A stretch of 64,000 nucleotides of DNA from Podarcis pityusensis (Eukaryota): NCBI GenBank assembly GCA_964106645.2, contig OZ067051.1; one strand, 5' to 3'. Below are positions 24,301 through 35,817 of this stretch, in pieces (positions within the stretch are counted from its first letter, which is position 1; every line of letters begins with the position of its first letter). The position numbers and the translations under genes are program-made. The notes beneath the pieces are model-generated. The model did not search any database. It worked only from the letters and a program-made list of their open reading frames with translations, and was not told the origin of the DNA.

Positions 24301-27300
24301 ACCTTCCCCAGGTTCTGAGGGGCTCAAGCAGGCCAGTTCGTTCCATTTCTACCCACCCCAGCCTTCCATTTCCTGGTTTTCTTTACCAAATTATGTCAGC
24401 ATTCCATAGCAGCTTGCAGTGGCCACTGGTGGCATGCTCAGTTCTCATTGAACTCTTATGTTCCAGGGTGGGGGGGTGTGGTGTTTGCCCTCCTAGGTGG
24501 GTCATAAGGAAAGGGTTAAATGAGTGTGAAGTGATTGGCCAGTGGTAACCCAAGGGGAGGAGTTAGAGTTAGAGTTGGAGTTGTTTGGAAGTTAGTGGGG
24601 AGTTGGAGAAGGAAGAGGGAGGATAAGTTTGTGGGTTGGTCTAGTTTTAATGTGAGAGAGTGAGAGGAACTGTTAGGTGGAGTCAGATAGATAATTGGGA
24701 TAATCAGTTTGAAGTTGTTAGGAACATGCTTATAAGTTGTTGTTCATGCTTATAAAATAAATTGATTACTTGTTAATGTTAACAACTGTCTGGACTCCAT
24801 GTGTACCCGAGAGAAACGGGTTGGTGGCAGCGAGGAGGCAATCACAGTGGTGGCACAGGGATCAATAGACTGTCAAACGTCCAGGGACCCTGTGTGATTG
24901 CCACAGGATGTTTTTTAAAGTGTTGTATTTCTGCATACTTTAGGGATCACTAAGCATTTTAAAATATTCCTCTTGATTCTCAGTGACCCCATTTTGGCTC
25001 CAATTCCCTGTCATCACTCAATCCCCTTGAGTTTGCTATTGGAGGATTTGATTATCCATTTTATTCATATATGTGGTAGCAACTCAGATGGTCTAGTAGT
25101 GCAGGGGTGGGAAATCTGTGGGGGCCCTCTGGATGTGGTTGGTTACAGCTCCCACCATCCCTGACCATCATCATCCCTGACCATTGATTAGCTGCTGGGG
25201 GTGCTGGGAGTTGGAGTCCAGCATCACCTGAAAAATCATGGGAGAAAAATGGGGCTACCTGCCAATGAGGTAGCGCTTCCTACATATATGAGGGAGTGTA
25301 CTGGTAAATGAAAAATAGGATACTCAGTTGGCCTGGAATGAGGGGTGGGCTGGACTGACTTGCCTGAGTCCCTAGCAGCACCTAGTATCCTAGAAAAATA
25401 TGTGACTGACTGGAAGTCTGAAGAGAAGCACTCGTGTTAATGATGCAACATTTTGTTGCAGGTCCCACTTGTTCCTTCTAATAGTGAACTCATGTGGCTG
25501 AGTGCAGACAGAATTGGGCTACTGAGGAACAGGCGGGAGGTATCGGCACGCTTGGGTGAACCCCGAGGTATGCAGAAGTACAAAACATTTTTAAAAGCAA
25601 AAAAGAAAAACTCCCAAATGTTTGCTGGGCATGCTCAGTAGTGTCCAGGAACCACAGAAAGTTGGAATATTGGGAAAGAAAAACAGAAACTTGCGGGGAG
25701 GGGTCTGTTGACCTGATAGCGTGTACTATGCTGAAGGAAGACACAGCTGGATGTTTGGAACCCTGAAGATGAGCCATCCTATTTTATATATTCATAATAT
25801 TTATATCCCACACAATAACAAAAGTTCTTTTGGCAGATTATAGTAAAAATTAAATCAGTACAAATAAATTAGGCTCAAACATGAAAACTACATCAACATA
25901 AGAACAACAACTGAATTCTCCTGGTGGACTTGTGCGTGAAAGATGGAAGTTGAGGCTTGGCTGTCTTTGGGTTCTCTCCAAATGTTACGGGATCATTGTA
26001 AAAACACTTCATCATTGCCTGATTTTCTTCCATAGATAACAGCACAGGTGCTCCACCTCCTGGTCAAATTAATCATTAAGAACACAAGGCCTTGTTTGGA
26101 TTTGCGTGATATATATATATATATATAGTATTGTACTGCAGAGAATTAAAAACCTATTTTTCAGCCAAAAAACAACAACCTTTAGCTGTGTTTTTACATC
26201 TATTTTTCAAATAGATATAACACCACACACACCAAAAAACTACCATTTAATAAAAAGACAAATCTTAACATTAAATCCTGTGAAAGAGAGGAAATCTTGT
26301 AAAAAGCAGCATTTTCTTCATATACATTTTTCTCCATGTAATCTGAATGTGTTCTTTTAACCAAATACAGGCATCGACTTTTCCGTGAGCATTGTGTTTG
26401 TGTACAAGGAAACTACATAAAGGATTTAAATATCCTTGGTAGAGATCTCTCAAAAACTATTATTATTGACAATTCACCACAAGCCTTTGCCTATCAGGTA
26501 AGTGTTTTTTCTCCGCAGCTGGCTCTGCAGACAAAACAAATGCTAACATAACTTCATCTGTAGCCTCAGCAAGTAAAAAAGCATGATTTTTGTTTATGCA
26601 TGTGGTGGCAAGTACCTAATTCACCACAAAACGTATATGGTACTTTACAATTTGAAGGGCAGTTTGCTACCACAATATTTCATGATAAATACTGAAAAAG
26701 TGTGCTTATGTGAAATTATGTGGTTGAATCAGAGTTAGGACACTGCTGTTGATCTTATCCTGTATTAGTTTTGCTCATGTTAAGAGATTTGCCCTCACAC
26801 GCCTTCCTGGATTAGGGGCCAGGATGTTTCAGCATTAAGCATGAACTCTCTGGAATGGAGAGGAAGCAAACAAAGTTTTGATATGATCCATTGACAGAAA
26901 CAGAAGCTGCACTGTATTGATTGTAGCTACAATCTGTAGTAAGGCAAGATGCACTTAATGCACTGAAGTTTCCAACTGCTTTCCCCAGCCTTGTTTCCCA
27001 CCGTTACAGCTTTTCATGTTTGGGGACTGTTGGGCTCATAGGGGAATTGCCAAAAATGAAACTCACAGTAAGATGGTATTGCTACTTGCCTGAACTCGCT
27101 TCAGAAATTCTTGTAAATTGACCATATGTCTGGTGTTGGCCTATTTAATTGCATGTATTTAATTATAATATGCCTTGTGAGCTGAATGAAGGAAGGGTTT
27201 ATAAATTCAAATAAAAATATATAAATAATTTAACTTGCCTCTGATATTTTTCTTTTTCTAGCTTTCAAATGGAATTCCTATAGAGAGCTGGTTCATGGAT

Positions 27301-28899
27301 AAAAATGACAATGAGCTCCTAAAATTGATTCCTTTTCTGGAGAAACTTGTAGAAATGGTATGTATTTCAGTGATTAATCTTTTGATAGAATTTTCCCTCT
27401 TAAAACTTGATAGCATTACAAGTGTAGTGGCCCTCTGTTGCTTTCTGGGCATAATTGAGGATGCTGATGTTGATGTAAAAAGCCTTCCCTAAAAAAACAT
27501 TGTTTGGGATTCCAGATCATCATGCAGGGTTTACAAATATTTCTGCACAGTGATTTCAGCACCACTGATCAGCTAATCACGGGCACTTCAAAACAGTTAG
27601 CAGGGCTGCCTGCAAGGAGCTTTTCCGCTGCTCTTTGCAAGCCCCTTCAACTCCCTGTGGAGTTCCATTTGGGGAACTCAGTAGTACAACAAGTCCCATG
27701 GAGCTTGAAGTTAGCATATGTCAGCTGATAGTCATTGACTTCTGCTTTCTTGTGGGGTTGGCTGCACTATGGAATTCCCCATGGGGAACTTAGTAGTGCA
27801 CCCAACCTCATTTGGCATGCTCTAAGTGCCCATTCAGAGGGACACGGGTGGCGCTGTGGGTTAAACCACAGAGCCTAGGACTTGCCAATCAGAAAGTTGG
27901 CGGTTCGAATCCTCGTGACAGGGTGAGCTCCCGTTGCTCGGTCCCTGCTCCTGCCAACCTAGCAGTTTGAAAGCATGTCAAAGTGCAAGTAGATAAATAG
28001 GTACCACTCCGGCGGGAAGGTAAATGGCATTTCCGTGCACTGCTCTGGTTCGCCAGAAGCGGCTTAGTCATGCTGGCCACATGACCCGGAAGCTGTACGC
28101 CGGCTGCCTCGGCCAATAAAGCGGGATGAGCGCCACAACCCCAGAGTCGGCCACGACTGGACCTAATGGTCAGGGGTCCCTTTACCATTACCTTTTTAAG
28201 TACCCATTCACCAACTGGTGGTGACAGCAATCAGGCGCACACTTCTAAGGTTTGGCACTTTGTGCACCTGCCCCACACCTGATGCTGCATGTCTCATTAG
28301 GTGTGGGGCAGGTTGGTGTGGTTTGGGAATAAGCTAGAGCAGGGGCGGGGAACCTCTAGCTTGCCTGGCTTAATTTGGCCCAGCACAGGTTCCAATTTGG
28401 CCCATGTGTTGGCGGTTCCCCACTCCTGCTATAGCTTCTGCATTAGTAAATGTAAAGTCTGCCAAAGCTCAAGGATGAACGCTTTCAGGAGGCCGAGCAA
28501 TGTGGAATTTTGCAGAGGATGGCTAGAGTAGTGGAGCTGCCTTGAGTCTCTGGAATTGGGTTGGAGAGGAACAAAAGCAAAATCATTCGCTGGATTTTAC
28601 ATGCATGCAAGAAGTCAGTGTACTTGGAAATTCTGCATAGAAGTAGGCTTAGGCATAACATTGAGTAAAAGAGAATTGTGGAAAAATTGCAGGTGAGCAG
28701 TTGAAAATTAGAATCTCTGTTGACATCTTTTCTTCTGCTGTGGTGGTGAACTACCGTGCACTTTACAAGTGGAGCTGCTTCTTACATACGAGACATGGAA
28801 GTTATTGGTTTTTCCTTCCTTGCTTCTTTTTAGAATGAAGATGTTCGACCTCACATCAGAGACAGATTTCGCTTGCACGACTTACTACCCCCTGACTAA
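10401..28899 (+). CDS. CTDSPL2: CTD small phosphatase-like 2 (SCP4), complete spliced CDS, 12 coding exons, 466 aa
   Basis: join(10401-10586,12854-12992,14945-15094,15319-15534,16917-16995,18136-18247,18441-18527,23806-23868,23956-24035,26371-26497,27262-27357,28834-28899) = 1401 nt in one frame. Starts [11 protein letters not shown], carries the FCP/SCP HAD motif LVLDLDETLVH, ends [14 protein letters not shown]. Confidence 0.97.
12854..12992 (+). CDS. CTDSPL2: CTDSPL2 coding exon 2
   Basis: tttaag|[46 protein letters not shown]|gtttgt. Confidence 0.93.
14945..15094 (+). CDS. CTDSPL2: CTDSPL2 coding exon 3 (GC donor)
   Basis: ctag|[10 protein letters not shown]...[17 protein letters not shown]|gcaagt; the frame of the next exon requires the GC donor. 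Confidence 0.9.
15319..15534 (+). CDS. CTDSPL2: CTDSPL2 coding exon 4
   Basis: tttcag|[28 protein letters not shown]...DRDLPPLT|gtaaga. Confidence 0.94.
15868..16130 (-). mobile_element. L2-like LINE 3' end with (TTG)n tail
   Basis: (ttg)n followed by tttatccacccttcac...cccagggtgggtt, the reverse complement of the L2-type terminal stem-loop. Confidence 0.55.
16142..16382. mobile_element. Tc1/mariner (Tigger-like) MITE
   Basis: TA|CAGTGGTACCTCTAGTTACAAAC ... GTTTGTAAACCGAGGTACCACTG|TA; internal gtttgtaacctga repeats. Confidence 0.9.
16917..16995 (+). CDS. CTDSPL2: CTDSPL2 coding exon 5
   Basis: tattag|[27 protein letters not shown]|gtatgt. Confidence 0.94.
17624..17797. mobile_element. Tc1/mariner MITE (older)
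   Basis: TA|CAGGTACTTCCCCATTTGC ... GTAAATGGGGATCTGCCTG|TA. Confidence 0.7.
18136..18247 (+). CDS. CTDSPL2: CTDSPL2 coding exon 6
   Basis: ttctag|[37 protein letters not shown]|gtaagg. Confidence 0.95.
18285..18342. repeat. Compound (GT)n..(GA)n microsatellite in a 193-nt CTDSPL2 intron
   Basis: Directly visible between the two exons that encode the catalytic motif. Confidence 0.9.
18441..18527 (+). CDS. CTDSPL2: CTDSPL2 coding exon 7
   Basis: ttatag|[29 protein letters not shown]|gtaatc; completes the catalytic DxDx(T) motif. Confidence 0.95.
19360..19618 (+). mobile_element. L2-like LINE 3' end with (ATT)n tail
   Basis: agagctgttccaccaggcctttgg...gttagccgccctgagcccggcttcggctggggagggcgggatataaataaa(att)n. 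Confidence 0.7.
21736..21804 (+). mobile_element. CR1 3' tail fragment
   Basis: ttcctgcattgcaggggattggactagatg...gggggtcccttccaactctgtgattctatga. Confidence 0.75.
22205..22285 (-). mobile_element. Degenerate tRNA-derived SINE head
   Basis: ggggattgaacatgggactttctgcatgcaaaacag is the reverse complement of a B-box-like ggttcaatcccc region. Confidence 0.5.
22720..23430 (+). mobile_element. Degenerate L2 LINE ORF2 3' region
   Basis: Translates to ...[16 protein letters not shown] (L2 LHWLP motif) and ends in an A-rich tail. Confidence 0.65.
23806..23868 (+). CDS. CTDSPL2: CTDSPL2 coding exon 8
   Basis: ttctag|[21 protein letters not shown]|gtaaag. Confidence 0.95.
23956..24035 (+). CDS. CTDSPL2: CTDSPL2 coding exon 9
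   Basis: tttcag|[27 protein letters not shown]|gtaagc; preceded by an 87-nt intron. Confidence 0.95.
24459..24905 (+). mobile_element. Probable solo LTR
   Basis: TG...CA bounded block with G-rich strand skew, ATTGG, TATAA(A), AATAAA 24756-24761 and a terminal inverted repeat; no clear TSD, so the left end is uncertain. Confidence 0.55.
25101..25232. mobile_element. Degenerate palindromic hAT MITE (same family as 40118-40253)
   Basis: caggggtgggaa...tacagctcccaccatccctgacca...gggagttggagtcca. Confidence 0.6.
26371..26497 (+). CDS. CTDSPL2: CTDSPL2 coding exon 10
   Basis: atacag|[42 protein letters not shown]|gtaagt. Confidence 0.95.
27262..27357 (+). CDS. CTDSPL2: CTDSPL2 coding exon 11
   Basis: ttctag|[32 protein letters not shown]|gtatgt. 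Confidence 0.95.
27839..28196 (+). mobile_element. Full-length Sauria SINE (Squam1)
   Basis: GGGACACGGGTGGCGCTGTGG A-box, GGTTCGAATCC B-box, BovB-like tail ...ggtcaggggtccctttacc; 14-bp TSD taagt(g/a)cccattca at 27823-27836 and 28197-28210. Confidence 0.93.
28834..28899 (+). CDS. CTDSPL2: CTDSPL2 last coding exon
   Basis: ttttag|[24 protein letters not shown]. Confidence 0.95.
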   Translation, partial: NEDVRPHIRDRFRLHDLLPPD

Positions 28900-30304
28900 A
28901 CACCAATGCTTTGCCAGGTAGCTGAAGGAGAAGAAAATGCAGGACCTTTTTTTTCCTTTTCTTTTTGGACTAAAACAAAAACATTGCCATTACTGTTGAA
29001 ATTTTTGCATTTTTGTACCCTGTCTCGCTTTTCTTATCTCTGGTGCCCAACAATAATCAAGGGTTACAGAAGAACTTTATATAATAATATTCGCCAAATG
29101 GAATCCATACAGTAGGTAGGCTAGAACAGAAGCGTCTTTAGAACTAGTGCAACTCCAATAATTTTTTTTATGTACAGGACATCTGCCGTTTTTAAAGAAT
29201 TCTGTTTCTGCCACCAGCAGTTTGACCTATAAACACACACACAGGATTTTATGAAATAACAGAGATTGAAAATGGACTCTTTTTCTTTTCTCTCTGTTCG
29301 GTGCTCTCTAAGTGGGTTTATAGCCACTTTGTGTTACTTTTAAGATTCTCATTTCAACAGGAATGGCCAGTAAATGTTTTTTTTTCCTGTTAAGGTTTAT
29401 AACCTTCTTACATTTTTGACTTGTATTAGAGTTTAGAATTTCATTATGCATTCCTTTTAGTTGAGGCGGCTTCATAGTTTTTCTGGGAATAGCCAAGTTT
29501 TATTAGTTTTTTATTATACAATTGAATGGCCATTTTCCTGCTTTGACTGCCTGCATACTGTATATTTGTTTAAAAATATTATCTAGTTTTATTCCATGTA
29601 AGTTTCATTTAGAAATCTGCGTTTAAATATATATTTTTTGTTTCTGTAATATTCTACTGTAGTGGAAATCTTTTCAAAAAAAATCAAGAGACTGGCTAGA
29701 TAAGAAAAAATATAAGAATTACTAATATTCAGAATATTTAAACCATTGTGATGGCATGTACTCTGGACAGAGATGATCTATTGTGGTGGTGCGCATGGCT
29801 GATGGACAAGGATCAATACCTCAGAGTCTACTGTGCATAATACAAGTCCTTGGGGAGAGCTTGCTTGGTCTAATGCAATTCAGTTACTTCTGCCTTCGGT
29901 GTCCTCCAAGAATGAAGTATTGTGGAGAGCAGTTCAGTATTTGAAACTGTCTTGCGTGGGTTGGTCTCTCTGCTATGCAGCTTGTTACAATCAACGCTAA
30001 ACTTCTTGCCTAGCAGGGACAGGGCCACCACAGTAACTGTGCATAACCCTGTGGTTCAGTACACTCCTTTGCCACCAGTGCAGCTGATATGCTATCAAAG
30101 TGGTTTTCTATGCTATATGGAAATGGTTTTCAAGCCTTGGTTCTCTAATGCAGCTTGTACAAAGAGGCTGATATTTTTTTAATGGAGTGTAATCTCCTTT
30201 TTAGGAGGCTTTTTATGGAAGGAAAAATTTGTAAAAGTTAGTAAGCTTTGCCTCTAAACTGCATTGACATGCCATAGGCTCGGGCTGTTTTTGTGTAAAG
30301 GGTG

Positions 30305-30461
30305 NNNNNNNNNNNNNNNNNNNNNNNNNNNNNNNNNNNNNNNNNNNNNNNNNNNNNNNNNNNNNNNNNNNNNNNNNNNNNNNNNNNNNNNNNNNNNNNN
30401 NNNNNNNNNNNNNNNNNNNNNNNNNNNNNNNNNNNNNNNNNNNNNNNNNNNNNNNNNNNNN
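30305..30461. other. Assembly gap (157 N)
   Basis: N run. Confidence 1.
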
Positions 30462-30762
30462 ACAAATTACACGCAGCTTCATTTTCAAATGAGTCCTTAA
30501 AATAAGGAAAATCTTTTTAGGAAAACATTTAATTTTTGTATTTTTTGATTTTAAAAGGCATGAGTTATATCAACTTTTTCCAATGTATTAATGAAGATTT
30601 TAACTTTTCATCAGGTTGAGTGTTTTCTTACTATATTATCTGTTGTATATGTAGCTAGCACATTGTGTCACTGAACTGTTAAAAAAAAGTAAGCATGTAG
30701 AGCAAGCCTGCTTTGTGGAAAATCATTATTCATTTGAAACAAAATTTTGGTGGATTTTCTGC

Positions 30763-30797
30763 AGAAAGAAAGAAAGAAAAAGAAAGAAAGAAAGAAA
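30763..30797. repeat. (AAAG)n microsatellite in the CTDSPL2 3' UTR
   Basis: Directly visible. Confidence 0.85.
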
Positions 30798-30943
30798 GGC
30801 ATTTGCTATCTAGAATGCTAAAGGTATTTTGCTTGCAGGAAAATGATACAAATTCATTTTAATGAGAATCTCTGAAATGTATTTATCTTTAGGGCATCTG
30901 AACATCTTTATGCTGTTTGTCTTAACGTCTTTATTGAAATAAA

Positions 30944-31113
30944 NNNNNNNNNNNNNNNNNNNNNNNNNNNNNNNNNNNNNNNNNNNNNNNNNNNNNNNNN
31001 NNNNNNNNNNNNNNNNNNNNNNNNNNNNNNNNNNNNNNNNNNNNNNNNNNNNNNNNNNNNNNNNNNNNNNNNNNNNNNNNNNNNNNNNNNNNNNNNNNNN
31101 NNNNNNNNNNNNN
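30944..31113. other. Assembly gap (170 N)
   Basis: N run. Confidence 1.
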
Positions 31114-34100
31114 CAGAGAAGTGACCCCTGTAACCACTCCCTTCCTGTTTTGCTAAAAATAGCGATATAGATACATTCGATTTTGAAAATGTTAAGTTTT
31201 AAATTTACCACATTTTTTTTTTTAAAGGAAAAGATACATCTAGTGATAACCAAGAAACACTCCCTTATTGCTCCTACCGATGCTAGCAACCCACAGCAGT
31301 TTTTCCCAGTGTTCTCTAGGAAGAGGCATCCCATGCACACTCTTTCTGTTCACACTTGGATACAGAAGTTGACCGAGGAGGCTTTGCAGGGACACCTGCC
31401 CGGGCTGAGTTTCTTCAGCTTGATAGAAGCACCAGCTAAAAGTGGGGTGACAGCAGCACGATAATGGCAGCTGCGATGGGAGCAAAATGTACCTGCCTCG
31501 GTGGAAGGTAGGCACAGAGAGATTCTTTATTTTCTGCAGTTCAGAAATAAGTGAGTAGAACCTCCTCCCCACCAAATAAATAGTTGGACATTTTTTGGTG
31601 ACTTGAAGGAAAAACTGTACAGCATCTTCTTTAGAGTACCTTTCTAAAGCATTTGTGCATTTCCATTTAAAAAAAAAAAAAATCCATTACAAACCCCACT
31701 GCTTTTCGTGAAGCTGACACAGTGCATATTACCAACCTACCTGTTATGTGATCACTGAAAAGAGAAAAGAAGAAAGAATGTGAGCTATTACAACAACGAT
31801 TATTAGAAATTGTAGGGAAATCTACAGTCCTACCTAGGACAGCTAAATCAACCATTGCAGGCTGCTCTGTAAATACATATTAAAGTATCATTTTGTAAGT
31901 TGGTGCAAGTCTGATTTTTAATTCCCATTGTCCCTTTTCGGTGGAAATGTAAAAATGCTACTATGGTTATTGTAAATGTCATACGGTGTTGCGATTTCAA
32001 TCTTTTGGCATGGTTGGGTTGTTGTTTTTCTTGAATTTGGAATAACTAAACAAGGTAGTATGAGAAGGTCTTCCTTTTGTTATAGAGAACATTTAGGCCA
32101 AATGCATTTTGAGAACTATCATTGAAAAAAGGCAAAGCACACAAACTTGTATTCCATCACTTACTCCAGCTGAATTCCTACTTGCATAAAGAAAAGTCCA
32201 AAGTTGTTCAGATTTTCCTTATCTGTCACCCCCACCCTTTTTAGCAAAAGCACCCATCTTTGATGTGATTTTTAAAAGCCCTATCACCAAACCAGATGAT
32301 TCTTTTCCAAATGGACAGGCAGACACAGCTTAAAGCTGCTGCCTCCTTTTATGTTCCATGTGCTCAGCAATCCTTGTTTCCATTCTCTGGAGGTAAAGCT
32401 ACAGCTGTAGTTATGGTTTGCCAAGTCAAACATTGTGCCATGGCCTAGTTAGCACAAGTTAGCACAAGAGTCCGATTGCTGCAAAGTGTGCTTGGTCAAT
32501 TCAGGTATCAGCCCAAACCATAATTAAGCTTCCTCAACTATAGTTTGGTGTGGCTATTGAGCCATATCAAGTTCTAATCTGCTAAGAATTATTTTAGGAG
32601 CACTTTCCATTTGCAGGGTTTAGTCTGGGTTTGGCTATCACAACAAGCTGCTGCTACTTTGTATTCATGAAGATTTGAGCACTTTCAGATCAGTGTCTTA
32701 ATTCTTCATTCACTGGCTGCCATGTTTTGCATCCTTTTGTAAACTGGTTTCTGATGCTCAAAATGTGAGTCATTTGTTCATTTTTTTGGTGCCTTTAAAA
32801 AACCAGTTAATTAAGAATATAGTTTATGATTGACCAATCACATACTGTATTAAAATATACAGACTATTAAAATAAAAATAAGAAAGCAGCCATAGATTGT
32901 CTAAAGCAAATTTAGGCATTTTGCAAATGGCTTAGTAATTTAAAAAAGAACCCTCCAATGAAATGATCAGTAGAGACTCTGAATGTTACCTTGAGAGGGA
33001 CTGTGTAATGGGACATACCAGTTTTTCTCGCTCCCTGATAAAAACTGTTTAACAAGAATATATGACTCTACCCCCACTGTTTAGTTATTACAAGGGCATA
33101 ATATGTTATTTCTACTATACATTTTCCTTTGTTTTAAGTTTCTTTTTCTAAGGATTTTGCATGCATAATATGGCTTGTGGGTTAGAGGTGAACAGCAAGA
33201 AAAAACTTAAAACCTAAAGCAAAACCTACTACTAACCCCTAAGCAGCAAATGACATTCCTTCCTGAATGGCTTAGGATATTGAATTCCCTCACTCAAGTA
33301 AACATCAGAAATGGGACAGCAAGTCATCTGGCACTACCTATCCACAACTCCAGCTTTTTAAAAAAGAATTAATACTAACAAAACTTTTCTAAAGTTAACG
33401 GGTGTGCAGCGCTTTGTAAACAGTAAAAATTAGATTATCTTACGTACATCTCCATAGGTTTGTGGATCTCTGCTATTATTATTATTTACTTATATGGGTT
33501 GCCCCAACCACTCTGGGCAGCTCCCAACAAAAAATAGTAAAAACACAATACAGAATCACAAACTAAAAACTTCCCTGAGCAGGGTTGTGCAAGTGCTTGG
33601 TTTGAGCATGCTCAAGACATCAGGTTTCCTAACAAATGCAGCTTTGTGTTAAATTAAATAGTTATCTTCTCTTAGAAGTAATTCACACACAAAGAAGATT
33701 TACTCTTTTTAAATACAAAAGGGGTGGTGGCGGCAAACTTGCGTTTGTTTTTTGTTAAAACCTAACACAACCTCTGCTAGAGTGGTGCCTTCAAATGATT
33801 TGGACCATTAACTCCCATCAGCCCCCAGGTCGGCAAAAGATGCCCTGAGCCAAGCTGAATCAAAGAATCTCAAAACCCATCCAGTGGCAAAAAGCAGAGA
33901 AAGCCCAGGCAAAACTGATGAGAGTTGTAGTCCAAAACACCTTGAGGGGCACCAGGTTGGTGAAAGCTGCTGCTGGTCATTTGGCAGGCGACCTGCTATT
34001 GACTTCCCTAAAATGCTTCTCTTTGTTTATAGGCAGGCTTTTCAGAGGCACTTGAGAAACAAGATTGGACTAGATTACTCTTCGGCTCCCTTCCAGCTCT

Positions 34101-34892
34101 ACCAATCCTGATTCCCAGCGACCTGGAGGCTGCTAACTGCCTATCTGTCCCTTTTGCTTGCAGCATCCAGGGCAGGCCTAATGTATTCTGCAGTCTCCTG
34201 TCCAGCTCCTACAAAATTGATCATACAATCTGAAACATGCATGTGCTTAGAGTGCTTTAAAAACCTCTGCAGATTCTCAGAGCTGCCAGATGTAACTCAG
34301 TCTTGACTGCTGATTAGAGCTGAGCAAGGAGGTGGCAGGGCGCCCCCTAGAGTTAAAGGTGGGAATTTTGCCTGTTGCAAAGTCCTGGTGCTCAGTGAGC
34401 TCCCACTTCAGTAACAACAGTTCAAAGCAAAAAATAAAGGAGGCAGGCATACTTGCCCAGGCATGGTTGCCACTGCCTGCCAGCTATTCTAAGTCCCAAG
34501 TTCAAACACCACACTGGTGTTCTTGCTGTCATTCTGCCAAAAGATGAGAGGCTGGGATTGAATTAAATAATAGGTAGGGTGATGACTATGTCTTGACAGT
34601 GTCATGTGTGAAAAGGCTCTCAGGATAGCAGTGAATAGCAGCGAGCAAGAGGCAGTCATGGTGTAAGTCTACAAAAAAGCCTAATGTAACAGAACCATTG
34701 TTTTCAAGTAGCAAAAAGGACCAGTCAACTTTATTCTGCATTCGAAGCCTTGAAAGTGGAGACAAGAGCTGGGAAAGGTTTTGCAGTAATGCAAAAGTGA
34801 AGGGCACTAAAACAGGCCGCAGGGTCACCAGCTTAAATCCCTGCAGGCATAAGTGTTTCATATTTTCTATAAGTGCACTGTGTTTTATATTT

Positions 34893-35190
34893 TATGGGCT
34901 GTCTCATGGAATATGGAGCAAACTTGTTTTCTGCTGCTCTAGAGTGGAGGAGCCGAACCAATGAATTCAAATGACAAGAAAGGAGATTGTGACTAAACAT
35001 TAGGAGGAGCTTTCTGAGCGTAAGAACTGTTGGGACAGTGGAACGGACTTCCTCAGAAAGTGGTGGCCTCACCTTGATGGGGGTTTTTTAAGTAGCGGTT
35101 GTCAGGAATTCTTTAGCTGTGATTCTTGCATTGCGCGGGGTTGGACTAGATGACTCTTGGGGTCCCTTCCAACTCCTGCAGTTCTATGAT
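34893..35190 (+). mobile_element. CR1 LINE 3' end
   Basis: gggctgtctcatgga...caaacttgttttctgctgctctagag...aacattaggagg...ggactagatgactcttggggtcccttccaactc..ttctatgat. Confidence 0.8.
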
Positions 35191-35817
35191 ATCCCATGGC
35201 GGCCCAGGCTGGGGGGCTGCTGGAAGTTGGAAGGCAGCAAGTTGGGAGAGGCCGCATGGAATAAACTCGCAGCCACCCGCAGACATTGCACTTGGAGCGC
35301 AGGGCCTCCCTACCAGCAACTTTTGCCGCCGCCTCTGCTTAGTTGTTCTGCCTCCCCCAAGCTGGCCATGCCAAAAATTCCAGGGCCTGAGGCTGCTCCG
35401 CTTCCCCGATCTCCGCCCTGCAATCCCTTTCGCTTTTGCGCCGTGAGTGTGTCAGCGCGTAAACCATGAGGTCTGGGGCTGTTTTTCTCACCCGTAGAAT
35501 AAATGAATGTCAAGGCGGCAGCCGGGAGTTTGCAGAGACACCGCTTCTCCCTCCTCTGCTTTTTCGGGTAACAGGCGGCAACTCCTATCCGGCCTAAACA
35601 GAGCCGGAAGCTGGGTCCCCGCGCTCAAGTCACCATTTTAGTAAATCTATGGCCAACGTCGCCGTCGGGGTCTGCGAGGGGGCGGAGCGGGTCGGCGGGA
35701 AGTTCCGCCCATTGCTCCACTCCGCCTCCTCCATCCCGGCATGCTCCGCGCGGCTGACGCCTACTTCTCCTCCTCCCTCCTGCTTGCCTGACTGGCCTGA
35801 GCGAGCAAGCGGGCAAG

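Larger units (their letters stand above)
28900..31905 (+). other. CTDSPL2: CTDSPL2 long AU-rich 3' UTR (end approximate)
   Basis: Repeat-poor AU-rich sequence after the stop. Candidate signal ATTAAA at 31879-31884, directly after a Pumilio-type TGTAAATA (31868-31875). Other AATAAA hexamers near 30938, 31575 and 32872. Confidence 0.55.

Noticed and set aside
26351-26370. U12-like branch sequence ttcttttaac close to an acceptor
   Set aside because: The matching donor is gtaagc (U2 type), not GTATCCTT
27839-27915. tRNA-like A and B boxes (also at 47068-47135)
   Set aside because: These are SINE heads followed by SINE bodies and tails, with a TSD at the first site; no cloverleaf tRNA gene
29770-29816. 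Possible SECIS (ATGA...GA) in the CTDSPL2 3' UTR
   Set aside because: No proper helix II or apical AA motif, and the CDS has no in-frame UGA (it ends in TAA)
30213-31340. ORFs containing X runs
   Set aside because: Artefacts of translating through two assembly gaps in the CTDSPL2 3' UTR
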